Position numbers and translations under genes: made by a program
Source: an archaeon
Lineage (GTDB): Archaea > Nanobdellota > Nanobdellia > Woesearchaeales > GW2011-AR15
Assembly (NCBI GenBank): GCA_043826135.1
Contig: JBDRQT010000040.1
Span: 993 to 64,992 of the forward strand
Length of the DNA: 64,000 bases
Direction: 5' to 3'
Shown here: positions 53,735-62,867 of the stretch, piece by piece
How positions within the stretch are numbered: position 1 is the first letter of the stretch
Layout of the letters: each line of letters begins with the position of its first letter
The notes under the pieces: model-generated
What the model saw: only the letters and a program-made list of their open reading frames with translations
What the model was told of the DNA's origin: nothing
Databases searched by the model: none

Positions 53735-54052
53735 ATGCCAATCGAAGTTAATGATGAAAATTTTGAAGCTGTTGTGCTCAAGGCAGATATGCCAGTAATA
53801 GTCGATTTCTGGGCAGAATGGTGCGGTCCCTGCAAAATGCTTGGCCCCAGATTTGCAGAACTCTCCGAGGAGATGAAAGACATCAAATTCTGTAAGCTCA
53901 ATGTTGATGAGAACCAGGAAACTGCTGGAAAATATGGGATCAGGAGCATACCATCGATGCTTATGTTAAAAAATGGAAAGCTTGTCGGGAATATCGTCGG
54001 AGCGCTCCCTAAGGACAGTCTGAAGCAGAAAATATTGCAGACCCTTGGCTGA
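53735..54052 (+). CDS. trxA: Thioredoxin
   Basis: 'DFWAEWCGPCKML', 'GIRSIPSMLMLKNG'. 105 aa. Confidence 0.9.
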   Translation: MPIEVNDENFEAVVLKADMPVIVDFWAEWCGPCKMLGPRFAELSEEMKDIKFCKLNVDENQETAGKYGIRSIPSMLMLKNGKLVGNIVGALPKDSLKQKILQTLG

Positions 54053-54054
54053 GA

Positions 54055-54573
54055 ATGGATATTCTGAAACTGCAGAATTATGCAATCAGATTAAAAACCT
54101 TAAAAAGAAAGGGTTGGCTTCTCAAAGGTATTCAGAATTGCGAAAGTGTAGCTGACCATAGTTATGGAACAGTATTGTTTTCATTTTCTTTAGCATCAAA
54201 ACTTAAACTAAATATTGAAAAATGCATATCTCTAGCATCAATTCATGATCTCGCCGAATCAATTGTCTCAGATATAACACCACATGACGGCATCTCTGAA
54301 TCAAAAAAGTTGGAAGATGAAATGTTTGCTTTCCAGAAAATATCTGAAGAATCAGGATTCCCTCGTCTATTGGAGCTTGCCTATGAATATACTAAGAATA
54401 AAACAGAAGAAGCGATGCTAGTGCATGATGCTGATAAGCTCGAGATGGTTATGCAGGCAATAATTTATCAAAAAGAGACTGGAAAAGATATGAGTGAATT
54501 TATTGAATACACCAAGAATAAACTTCACAACCCGGAATCAAAAAAAATATTTGAAGAGCTTATTTCTTCCTAG
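54055..54573 (+). CDS. HD-domain 5'-nucleotidase-like hydrolase (YfbR/HDDC2 family)
   Basis: 'RKGWLLKGIQNCESVADHSYG', 'IHDLAESIVSDITPHD', 'VHDADKLE'. Confidence 0.85.
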   Translation: MDILKLQNYAIRLKTLKRKGWLLKGIQNCESVADHSYGTVLFSFSLASKLKLNIEKCISLASIHDLAESIVSDITPHDGISESKKLEDEMFAFQKISEESGFPRLLELAYEYTKNKTEEAMLVHDADKLEMVMQAIIYQKETGKDMSEFIEYTKNKLHNPESKKIFEELISS

Positions 54574-54805
54574 TCCTTGAGGATTTCTTTGGAGCGGCTT
54601 TTGTCTCAGATTTTTTCTCAGTAACATGGTTTGTATTAATGCCGAACGGAACATACATACAGCACATCCCTGTTGCTGCAGTTAAAAGCAGCACTCCTGC
54701 AAATATATACAATACCCACATATTATTCAGGTAGCCCACGGCCACCAGAACCATGCTGGCAAGTACTCTAACAAGTTTATCAATCCCGCCAATGTTTTGC
54801 TTCAT
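54560..54805 (-). CDS. DUF2892 (YgaP-like) small membrane protein
   Basis: 'NIGGIDKLVRVLASMVLVAVGY' followed by a second TM and 'CCMY'. Start placed at Met33 (54805) of the track ORF. Confidence 0.5.
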   Translation of the reverse strand: MKQNIGGIDKLVRVLASMVLVAVGYLNNMWVLYIFAGVLLLTAATGMCCMYVPFGINTNHVTEKKSETKAAPKKSSRTRKK

Positions 54806-54890
54806 TTTATGGCACCTCAAAGCATCTTTGTGCATAAGAATATATAAATTTTTAGAAAATAATAAATAAAGGGCAGCATTAACTCTGCGG

Positions 54891-56048
54891 ATGAATAACA
54901 TAACTAAGCTTTATTTTTTCAATTTTTTTAGGCATCTTCATTTCATGTCAGCCGTCCTTGTCCCGTTTTTTCTGACCTGGGGCGGCATCACTTATCTCCA
55001 GATGATGTTTTTGCAGTCCTGGTTTGTCATTTGGATCACAATTTTGGAAGTCCCGACTGGAACAATTGCTGATCATTTTGGAAGAAAGACATCAATTATT
55101 TTGGGTGTTTTCATTAATGCGTTTGCTGCATTCATTTATGCACTGTTCCCAAGTTATTATCTTTTCCTGCTAGCTGAATTCCTATGGGCAGTATCATTCA
55201 CGCTTGTCTCAGGTGCTGACGAGGCACTCCTTTATGACTCACTAAAGGAGATGAAAAAAGAAAAAGAATCAAAGAAAATACTGGGAAGATATGGCAGCAG
55301 CGCTCTGCTTGGAATAGTTATTGCGGCACCGATAGGAAGCTTCATTGCCAGATATGGCCTCCAGTATCCCACTATGGCAATCGTGATTCCGATGTTTATA
55401 GCAGGACTAATTGGCCTCACCATCAGAGAACCAAAATTTAAACGCGAACAGGAAAACTATTTTGACACGCTTTTCAAAGGCATAAATTACTTTCTCAGGC
55501 ATAAAGAGCTTAAGATATTGGCGTTTGATTCAATATCTATATCAGTGATATCGTTCATGATTATCTGGACTTACCAGCCCAAACTTCTTGAGCTTGGATT
55601 TGCACTGACAATGCTTGGATTTGTCGCATCTGCCAGCACCATATTTGAGATAATTTTCCAGAACAACTTTGAGAATCTGGAAAAGTTGTTTGGCTCAAGA
55701 AAAAATTATCTGTTTTTTTCAGCCATATCTCTTGGAATTGCTTTTATTGGACTTGCCCTGACCAGGCAGATATGGATCGCAGTAATCTTGATAGTGATGA
55801 TCTTTGCAGTAGGTTTCACAAGAAGGAATCTTATATCTAATTACATGCACAAATATATCGAGTCAAAAAACAGGGCAACTGTCATCTCAAGTGTATCGAT
55901 GTTAGACGGCCTTGGCAGAGCGATAGTATATCCTTTGGTCGGTATATTAGCAGGAATCTCCCTGCAGCTATGCCTATTAGTACTAGGGAGCATCGCAATA
56001 ATCTTCTCGATATTCTCAAGGGTTGAAGAAGGGCATTTGATTGACTGA
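54891..56048 (+). CDS. MFS transporter
   Basis: ~11-12 TM. Motif A-like 'GTIADHFGRKTSIILG'. Confidence 0.7.
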   Translation: MNNITKLYFFNFFRHLHFMSAVLVPFFLTWGGITYLQMMFLQSWFVIWITILEVPTGTIADHFGRKTSIILGVFINAFAAFIYALFPSYYLFLLAEFLWAVSFTLVSGADEALLYDSLKEMKKEKESKKILGRYGSSALLGIVIAAPIGSFIARYGLQYPTMAIVIPMFIAGLIGLTIREPKFKREQENYFDTLFKGINYFLRHKELKILAFDSISISVISFMIIWTYQPKLLELGFALTMLGFVASASTIFEIIFQNNFENLEKLFGSRKNYLFFSAISLGIAFIGLALTRQIWIAVILIVMIFAVGFTRRNLISNYMHKYIESKNRATVISSVSMLDGLGRAIVYPLVGILAGISLQLCLLVLGSIAIIFSIFSRVEEGHLID

Positions 56049-56166
56049 ATCTTTATTCAGATACGTCAGATTCCCATAATGAACATTGGTGAAATAATTT
56101 TGCATGAATCCTTGATTAAGAAAGGGATAAAACTATTGAATATGCTTTGAAATCACCGCAGGGACT

Positions 56167-57195
56167 CTAGAATATTCCTGCTATCTTATTTGAACAGAAT
56201 TTGCATTTCCCTTTATTGATATTGTCTACCTTTATAAGATATCCCTCCCTCTCAATTAACAGTTTTTCACACTTAGGACAATATGTATTCTCATAATCAC
56301 TAGCGACATTTCCCACATATACAAAATTCAGACCTGCCTTCTTTCCGATTTTGTATGCCATCTCCAAGGTCTCAATGGGTGTTGCATTCAACCTTGTCAT
56401 CTTATAATCAGGATGGAATCTGGAGATATGCCAAGGGATGTTCTTGTCTACCGAAGCGATAAAGCCGGCAATCCTTTTTAGTTCTTCCTCAGAATCATTC
56501 TGTCCCGGGATGACTAAAGTAGTTATCTCAACCCATACACCTTGCTTATGATATTCCTTTATTGCATTAAGTACGGGTTCAAGCTTTCCTCCGCAGACTC
56601 GTTTGTAGAAATCTTCTGAATATGATTTTAGATCTATGTTTATGGCATCAAGCACTTTTGAGATTTTATTAATAGGCGCCTTATTTATGAATCCATTAGA
56701 TACAAATACAGTCTTAATATCATGTTTTTTTGCCTCAATGCAAGTATCATAAGCATATTCAAAAAATATTGTAGGTTCGTTGTATGTCATTGCAATAGAC
56801 TTGCAGCCAGACAAAACTGCATGCCTTGCTATTTCTTTTGGGCTGAATTCCTCTCCTATTATCTGTCCTGATTTTCCTTTTGAAATCTGGCTTATATCCC
56901 AGTTCTGGCAGAAATCGCACTTGAAATTGCACCCAGCTGTCGCAAAACTAAAAATTTTTTCTCCTGGAAAAAAATGGAACAATGGTTTTTTTTCAATTGG
57001 ATCAATATGATAGGCTATTGATTTTCCATACACCTCTGAATAGAGTTTGCCTCCGCAGTTTTTTCTGACAGCGCAGATACCAGACTTCCCATCAGGTATT
57101 CTGCAATTGTGCGGACACAGCGTGCATTTGACAAGCTCTTCCTCCTTAGTGTAAAACATTGCTTCGTGCATGATAGTTGAGAAGACCTTTAACAA
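56167..57195 (-). CDS. AmmeMemoRadiSam-system radical SAM enzyme (PFL-activase-like)
   Basis: N-terminal 'CTLCPHNCRIPDGKSGICAVR', radical-SAM 'CNFKCDFCQNW', C-terminal 'CPKC...CKFC'. The track start is TTG 57195; ATG 57171 is an alternative. Confidence 0.85.
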   Translation of the reverse strand: MLKVFSTIMHEAMFYTKEEELVKCTLCPHNCRIPDGKSGICAVRKNCGGKLYSEVYGKSIAYHIDPIEKKPLFHFFPGEKIFSFATAGCNFKCDFCQNWDISQISKGKSGQIIGEEFSPKEIARHAVLSGCKSIAMTYNEPTIFFEYAYDTCIEAKKHDIKTVFVSNGFINKAPINKISKVLDAINIDLKSYSEDFYKRVCGGKLEPVLNAIKEYHKQGVWVEITTLVIPGQNDSEEELKRIAGFIASVDKNIPWHISRFHPDYKMTRLNATPIETLEMAYKIGKKAGLNFVYVGNVASDYENTYCPKCEKLLIEREGYLIKVDNINKGKCKFCSNKIAGIF

Positions 57196-57311
57196 TATAA
57201 ATCTGTCCTTGCCAAAAAGGGAATTTTATAGCTCACTCTGCAAAATTCGACAGCTTAGATAAAATTTAAAAACCCAGACAGCATATCTGGATAAATAAGG
57301 GGTGAATCAAT

Positions 57312-58487
57312 GTGTTCTCAAAGCTGAAAGATTATAATTACAAAGATAAGAAGGTTCTCATAAGAGTCGATTTCAATGTTCCAATACAGCAAGGAATTAT
57401 CGCTGATGACACCAGAATAAGGAAGGCACTGCCAACTATAGACTATATCTTGAAGAAAAAACCTGCTCAATTAATAATCATATCACATCTTGGAAGACCT
57501 GATGGAGAATATAAACCTGAATTTTCACTTAAACCTGTCTGCGTAAGGCTCCAAGAGATTCTAGGACAAGAAGTGTATTTTGAACCGAATCCTAGAATTA
57601 TCAGCATCAATTCGCTCCCCCAAAACAAGATTTTGATGCTCGAGAACCTAAGGTTTGACAAAGCAGAGGAATCGGGTGATGATGACTTTGCAAAAAAATT
57701 GTCTGAGTTTTGTGATATATTCGTGCTCGATGCATTTGGTGCTTGCCACAGACCCCATGCATCAATTTCTGTAATTCAAAAATATGTCACTAGCTGCGCT
57801 GGTTTTCTCATGGAAAAAGAGATTAAATTCCTAAGAGATAGCATCAAACGTCCAAAACGGCCATTTGTAGCAATTATTGGCGGAGCCAAGGCTGACAAGA
57901 TAGATGTAATTGATAAGCTCATACAAAAGGTTGATGCCCTGATTATTGGAGGCGTTCTTGCCAACACATTTCTGAAGGCGAAAAATATCAGTATAGGAAA
58001 TTCAAAAGTCTCGGATGAAACCCTTGAGTATGCCAAGAATTTGCTCGAGAAATATCCGGAAAAGATTCATCTTCCTGTTGATTATATTTTGGCAGATAGG
58101 TTTGCAGCTGATGCCAGGACACGATGTGCAGGCCTTCCTGATAATATTGATGGCTGGATGATAATGGACATAGGCCCATATACAATAAGCGGATATAACG
58201 AACTACTGAGCAAATCAAATACAATACTTTGGGCCGGCCCAATCGGAGTGTTTGAATGGGAATCTTTTAGAAGAGGAACATGGGATATTGCATCACATCT
58301 AGCGGAGATTAGTGCCACAAAAATAATATGCGGAGGAGATAGTGGAGAGGCTATTGAAAAATTTCATCTCGCCGAAAGAATGACTCATGTCTCAACAGGT
58401 GGAGGCGCTTCGCTTGAGCTACTAGCAGGTAACGATCTTCCTGGCATATCTGCACTAGAAGCAAACCATAACAAATTCAAGAAATAG
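57312..58487 (+). CDS. pgk: Phosphoglycerate kinase
   Basis: 'IRVDFNVPI', 'ISHLGRPDG', 'IIGGAKADKI', 'STGGGASLELL'. GTG start 6 nt after the GGGGTGA SD. Confidence 0.95.
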   Translation: MFSKLKDYNYKDKKVLIRVDFNVPIQQGIIADDTRIRKALPTIDYILKKKPAQLIIISHLGRPDGEYKPEFSLKPVCVRLQEILGQEVYFEPNPRIISINSLPQNKILMLENLRFDKAEESGDDDFAKKLSEFCDIFVLDAFGACHRPHASISVIQKYVTSCAGFLMEKEIKFLRDSIKRPKRPFVAIIGGAKADKIDVIDKLIQKVDALIIGGVLANTFLKAKNISIGNSKVSDETLEYAKNLLEKYPEKIHLPVDYILADRFAADARTRCAGLPDNIDGWMIMDIGPYTISGYNELLSKSNTILWAGPIGVFEWESFRRGTWDIASHLAEISATKIICGGDSGEAIEKFHLAERMTHVSTGGGASLELLAGNDLPGISALEANHNKFKK

Positions 58488-58634
58488 TATTTTCATTTGC
58501 AATTAATTAGATGTATGATTGGCATCATTTATTATTATTGGCACTACGCGCATAAATTACTAAATAATAGAAGTACTCCAAAAAATTATTATATTTCTGT
58601 CTTTAATTATTAGAGAGGTAAAGCAATTTTTTCT

Positions 58635-58760
58635 CTATGCCTTAGCTTTTTTTGAGTGCCCTGAAATGGACTTGATAAACACGTACTTAAGGTACACAAT
58701 GATACATATTGCTAAAACGTATGTGAATACAGTTCCTGATTGCAAGAAAGCCATTGACAT
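58635..58760 (-). CDS. Possible 41-aa single-TM micro-protein (MSMAFLQSGTVFTYVLAICIIVYLKYVFIKSISGHSKKAKA)
   Basis: Not in the track. The ATG at 58760 lies ~27 nt downstream of a palindromic ATATATTTAAAT box (58785-58796). It has a hydrophobic core plus a basic tail. There is no homology evidence. Confidence 0.25.
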   Translation of the reverse strand: MSMAFLQSGTVFTYVLAICIIVYLKYVFIKSISGHSKKAKA

Positions 58761-58765
58761 CACCC

Positions 58766-58783
58766 TACGTAGAATACGTAGAA
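58766..58783. repeat. Perfect tandem 9-mer TACGTAGAA x2, each containing the palindrome TACGTA (candidate operator)
   Basis: 58766-58774 and 58775-58783, located between a shared TATA-like box and the flanking starts at 58760(-) and 58830(+). Confidence 0.35.
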
Positions 58784-58829
58784 CATATATTTAAATGTTG
58801 CTTCTTACTAGTCCAATTTTTGTCATCGC

Positions 58830-59510
58830 ATGATGAGCAATTTGGTAAAATTTATTAGTGCAATCATTTTATCTAATTTCATGAAAATAAAACACTGGAT
58901 AATTTTCTTGATTATTCTATCAAGTATTCTTAGTATGGTATCATTTAAATATCTGCCTGACAGAATCGCTACTCACTGGAATATTGATGGAATTGTAAAT
59001 GGGTACGGTGATAGGTTATCAAATGCAATTATGTTTCCTCTGATGATGCTTTTTGTAGTTGTTTTATTATATGTTGTTCCGCTGATTGATCCTCTGAGAA
59101 AAAATGTTGAATCATTCAGAAAACATTATGAGCAGTTCATATTGTTTTTCTGCATCTTTTTCCTTTATGTTCAAGTGCTAACCCTCGTCTGGAATTTGGG
59201 TTATAGGTATAACCTATCCAAAATGATGTTTCCTGGCCTAGGCCTCATGATGTATTTTGTTGGAGACTTCTTAAAACACACTAAAAGAAACTGGTTTGCT
59301 GGCATAAGGACTCCATGGACACTGCATTCTGATATCATATGGAAGAAGACTCATGATCTTGGATCAAAACTATTTAAAGCTTCAGGAATAATAATGATTT
59401 TTGGTATCTTTTTTGAAAATAACCTAATAGTATTTATCCCCTTATTTGCTGCCGTCATGATTACAATTGGATACAGTTATATGTTGTATAGAAAGACTAA
59501 ATCTCCTTGA
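58830..59510 (+). CDS. SdpI/YhfL-family membrane protein (DUF1648 + SdpI)
   Basis: 'LPDRIATHWNIDGIVNGYG' and 'RNWFAGIRTPWTL'. Confidence 0.7.
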   Translation: MMSNLVKFISAIILSNFMKIKHWIIFLIILSSILSMVSFKYLPDRIATHWNIDGIVNGYGDRLSNAIMFPLMMLFVVVLLYVVPLIDPLRKNVESFRKHYEQFILFFCIFFLYVQVLTLVWNLGYRYNLSKMMFPGLGLMMYFVGDFLKHTKRNWFAGIRTPWTLHSDIIWKKTHDLGSKLFKASGIIMIFGIFFENNLIVFIPLFAAVMITIGYSYMLYRKTKSP

Positions 59511-60087
59511 ATAATCTGCACCATTCTTCGAATTTAAGAACTTTATCTTTGCCATGCTTAATCAAATCTTTTTTGATCTCAGGAATACTTTTTTCCTTAT
59601 CTGATTTGCTTGGAATCTTTGTATAGAATTTATCTGCAAAACAGATTATTTTCTCTTCTATTGTAATAGGAACAAGGTTTCTCTTCGGCAAAGGGAGATT
59701 TTGCTCTCTTATTTCCTTTAGAGTTATGCCGACTCCAGTATGGCGCTCGCAAACAAGAGCATGCTTTTTTAGGCCCTCTTTTTCCAAAAGCCTTCTTCCA
59801 AGATAACCATGCGCCAGATAGGGATAGGTTCCTGTGCAACCTAGTATCTTTGCATCTGTAAATATGATTCCGATATCATGAAGCATGCCTGCTTCTTCAA
59901 TGAAAGTTAGGTCTGGTCTTAGTTCAGGAACTCTTTTGGCTACTTGAATTGCCTTTTTTGTTACCTGCCTGGAATGCTTCAGAAGCAATCTATACGATAG
60001 TGATCCCCTTGAATAATATTTGTTAATTATCTGAAGAGCATTCATTGGTGAAAATAACCATCTCCAATTTATAACTTTTTTCATCAT
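59497..60087 (-). CDS. HD/HDIG-domain phosphohydrolase
   Basis: 'HSRQV', 'MLHDIGI', 'CERHTGVGIT'. Confidence 0.75.
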   Translation of the reverse strand: MMKKVINWRWLFSPMNALQIINKYYSRGSLSYRLLLKHSRQVTKKAIQVAKRVPELRPDLTFIEEAGMLHDIGIIFTDAKILGCTGTYPYLAHGYLGRRLLEKEGLKKHALVCERHTGVGITLKEIREQNLPLPKRNLVPITIEEKIICFADKFYTKIPSKSDKEKSIPEIKKDLIKHGKDKVLKFEEWCRLFKEI

Positions 60088-60099
60088 GGTCTACAAAAA

Positions 60100-60110
60100 C
60101 CTTTATAACT
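60100..60110 (+). promoter_or_regulatory. TATA box (TTTATAA) for leaderless 60132 gene
   Basis: Centre is ~27 nt upstream of ATG 60132. Confidence 0.5.
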
Positions 60111-60131
60111 CATTAATCAATCCACTTCTTT

Positions 60132-61331
60132 ATGTTCATAGGTCTGGTTGGAAAACCATCTGCAGGCAAAAGCACCTTTTTCAAGGCCACAACATTGATG
60201 AATGTTGATATTGCAAACTATCCTTTCACCACAATAAAACCGAACTCAGGGGTTGGGTTTGTAAAGATTGACTGTGCTGACACTTACTTTGGAGTGCAGT
60301 GTAACCCTAGAGAAGGCTACTGCAAAAATCATAAAAGATTTGTCCCTGTACAGATTTTGGACGTGGCGGGCCTGGTTCCTGGCGCTCATGAAGGGAAAGG
60401 ACTTGGACTTGAATTCCTGAATGATCTAAGCCAGGCAGATGCACTCATCCATGTGGTTGATATGTCAGGCAGCCTCAATGAGAAAGGCGAACCAGTAGAC
60501 AGCGGTACATATGATCCTGCAAACGATATAAGATTCTTGGAGCATGAACTTGATATGTGGTATTTCCAGATATTCCAGAGGACCTGGAAAAAATTCTCCA
60601 ACACCATCAATCAGACAAAAGAAAATGTTGTAAAGGCAATCGCAAAACAATTTTCAGGTCTGAAAGTAAATGAAGATATGGTCAAGGAAAAACTAAGAAA
60701 ACTTGGCCTCCTTGAAAAAGTCATCATTGAATGGACTGAAAAAGACCTCATGAATCTCACTACTGAACTGAGAAAAGAGACCAAGCCCATAATCGTTGCT
60801 GCAAACAAGATGGATGTTTCAAAAGCATCTGAAAATCTTAATAGGCTAAGAAAAGAGTTTCCGGATTATCTCCTAATCCCATGCTCTGCAGAGTCTGAAC
60901 TGGCTCTCAAGGAAGCTGACAAGCATGGCCTGATTGAATATATACCTGGTGATGAAAATTTTAAGATTTTGGATGAGTCAAAAATGAACGCAAAACAATC
61001 CCAGGCATTGTCATTCATCCAAAAAAATATTCTGGACAAATTCGGTTCTACTGGTGTTCAGGATGTTCTGAACAAAGCTGTCTTTGAGCTGCTAAAAAGT
61101 GTTGCGATATTTCCCGGAGGAGTAAACAAGTTAGCTGATAGTGATGGTAGAATAATGCCTGACTGCTTTATACTTCCACAGAATACCACTGCAATTGATT
61201 TTGCATACCATCTGCATACAGATCTGGGTGATGGTTTCATCAGGGCAATTAATGTGAGGACAAAGATGCCGATGAGAAAAGAAGAACTTTTGAAGCATTG
61301 TGATGTTGTGGAGATAGTGTCAAACAAATAG
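60132..61331 (+). CDS. ychF: Obg-like GTPase/ATPase of the YchF/OLA1 family with a C-terminal TGS-like domain
   Basis: P-loop 'GLVGKPSAGKSTFF', 'NYPFTTIKPN', 'DVAGLVPGA', 'AANKMD', C-terminal 'HCDVVEIV'. Confidence 0.85.
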   Translation: MFIGLVGKPSAGKSTFFKATTLMNVDIANYPFTTIKPNSGVGFVKIDCADTYFGVQCNPREGYCKNHKRFVPVQILDVAGLVPGAHEGKGLGLEFLNDLSQADALIHVVDMSGSLNEKGEPVDSGTYDPANDIRFLEHELDMWYFQIFQRTWKKFSNTINQTKENVVKAIAKQFSGLKVNEDMVKEKLRKLGLLEKVIIEWTEKDLMNLTTELRKETKPIIVAANKMDVSKASENLNRLRKEFPDYLLIPCSAESELALKEADKHGLIEYIPGDENFKILDESKMNAKQSQALSFIQKNILDKFGSTGVQDVLNKAVFELLKSVAIFPGGVNKLADSDGRIMPDCFILPQNTTAIDFAYHLHTDLGDGFIRAINVRTKMPMRKEELLKHCDVVEIVSNK

Positions 61332-61493
61332 AGTAATTTGAAAAAACATTAGTAAATAATTTCTAAAAGAACAATTTTTTCTGATATGGGCATACGATTC
61401 ATCAAAGAAGATGTTGCGACATCAAGAAGATTATTTTCAATCATCTAGCATATATTAATTTTGATATCCAAAACCTAATATAGTTCCTATTTA

Positions 61494-62867
61494 TTACCTG
61501 CCAAGATTTACTTCATCTTCAGCATCCAGCATTTCCTCATCAATTATTTTTTGGCTCCAACCTTTTTTCATGAGGCTTTCCCGTAATACTTGCTTTGAGT
61601 AACCTTCTTTTAGCTTTGTTTTTAAAAATTCATGCAGTACAATGTTTTTTTCGCGCATATGCTCTTTGCCATCAGGCTCAGATCTCAACTTTAGTACAAA
61701 ATTGAATATCATCTTCAAAAGAACAAGGATTGCAATGCATCCTACAATGAACAAAGCGATTGGATTCTCAAGCTTGAATCCTGACTTTGCATTCAGGACC
61801 TGTCCTGTCATCAAAGGATCTTTTATCTCGATTGAGTTTTCCTTTACTTTCATCTCATATATTTTTTCATTCACCCTTCCAAGATAATTTGCCTTTACAG
61901 ATATCAGATAATCATCAGGATTTGCATCCTTTGTGTCCCAATATGCATTTAGTTCAGATTTGCCTGATGAAGGTATATTTTGGGAACTTGTCTTATATGT
62001 GTCTATCAATGTACCGCTCGTTGTTGTAATATCAGTCACTGCAAATACATCAGGCATTGGCTGATTCCACTTATTCGCAACAGTAATATCCAATTTTGCT
62101 ATTGTCCCTAGCTTAAAAGAATCTACTCTTACGCCTTCCAGTTCAACAAGAGGCTCTCCCAAATCAAAATCCTTTTCAAGAATGAATATCTTGCCGTTAT
62201 CATATTCTGTCAGTGCCATGACATGATATGTGCCAGGGTTTGCATTTGCAGTCCATTCTGCGGCAATCTTTGATCTCGAATGCGATGCCAGTGAAATCCT
62301 ATTGGTTTGAACAGTAGCAATTCCCTCACCATCAGGCCCAGTTATCACCATCTTCCCAGTGATAGAGGTGATATCTTTCTCTCCTACATTTGAGAGAGAC
62401 AATGTAAAAGCTACCTGGCCTCCGGGTTTTGCATCACTTACAAAAAGGATTCCTTCGATATATTGGTCAGGATATGGAACCATCACGCTAAGTTTGTGCG
62501 TGACACCAATGCTCGCAACAAGTATGCTATCCGAGGGTTCTGAACTTTCAACTGCAATAATATCCAGGCTATGTTCTCCGGGCCTAAGCTTTGGGATATT
62601 TATCCTATATTTGATAATCTTTTCTCCTTCTTCTGCAGAAATTTTCAAAGTATCCTGCTCAAAAGTGACATAGTCTGCAAGCTCTCCTCTTGCAATCAAT
62701 GTTACAGCAAGATCCCTATGCTCATTATTCAGAATCATGAAACTCTCTTCCCTGATAATATTAGGCTCGTAGAATAATTCCTTCTTTGAGGGAGTGACTC
62801 CGATACTGAGCGCACCTGAGGTAAGCAAAATCATTGCAAATACCCAAATCATTAGTTTTTGTTTCAT
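61494..62867 (-). CDS. Signal-peptide protein with CARDB-like beta-sandwich modules, a TM anchor and an extra cytoplasmic helical module (paralog of 1487..2656)
   Basis: 'MKQKLMIWVFAMILLTSGALSIG', 'FTLSLSNVGEKDITS...GTYHVMALTEYDNGKIF', TM 'IALFIVGCIAILVLLKMIF', tail 'LHEFLKTKLKEGYSKQVLRESLMKKGWSQKIIDEEML'. Confidence 0.6.
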   Translation of the reverse strand: MKQKLMIWVFAMILLTSGALSIGVTPSKKELFYEPNIIREESFMILNNEHRDLAVTLIARGELADYVTFEQDTLKISAEEGEKIIKYRINIPKLRPGEHSLDIIAVESSEPSDSILVASIGVTHKLSVMVPYPDQYIEGILFVSDAKPGGQVAFTLSLSNVGEKDITSITGKMVITGPDGEGIATVQTNRISLASHSRSKIAAEWTANANPGTYHVMALTEYDNGKIFILEKDFDLGEPLVELEGVRVDSFKLGTIAKLDITVANKWNQPMPDVFAVTDITTTSGTLIDTYKTSSQNIPSSGKSELNAYWDTKDANPDDYLISVKANYLGRVNEKIYEMKVKENSIEIKDPLMTGQVLNAKSGFKLENPIALFIVGCIAILVLLKMIFNFVLKLRSEPDGKEHMREKNIVLHEFLKTKLKEGYSKQVLRESLMKKGWSQKIIDEEMLDAEDEVNLGR

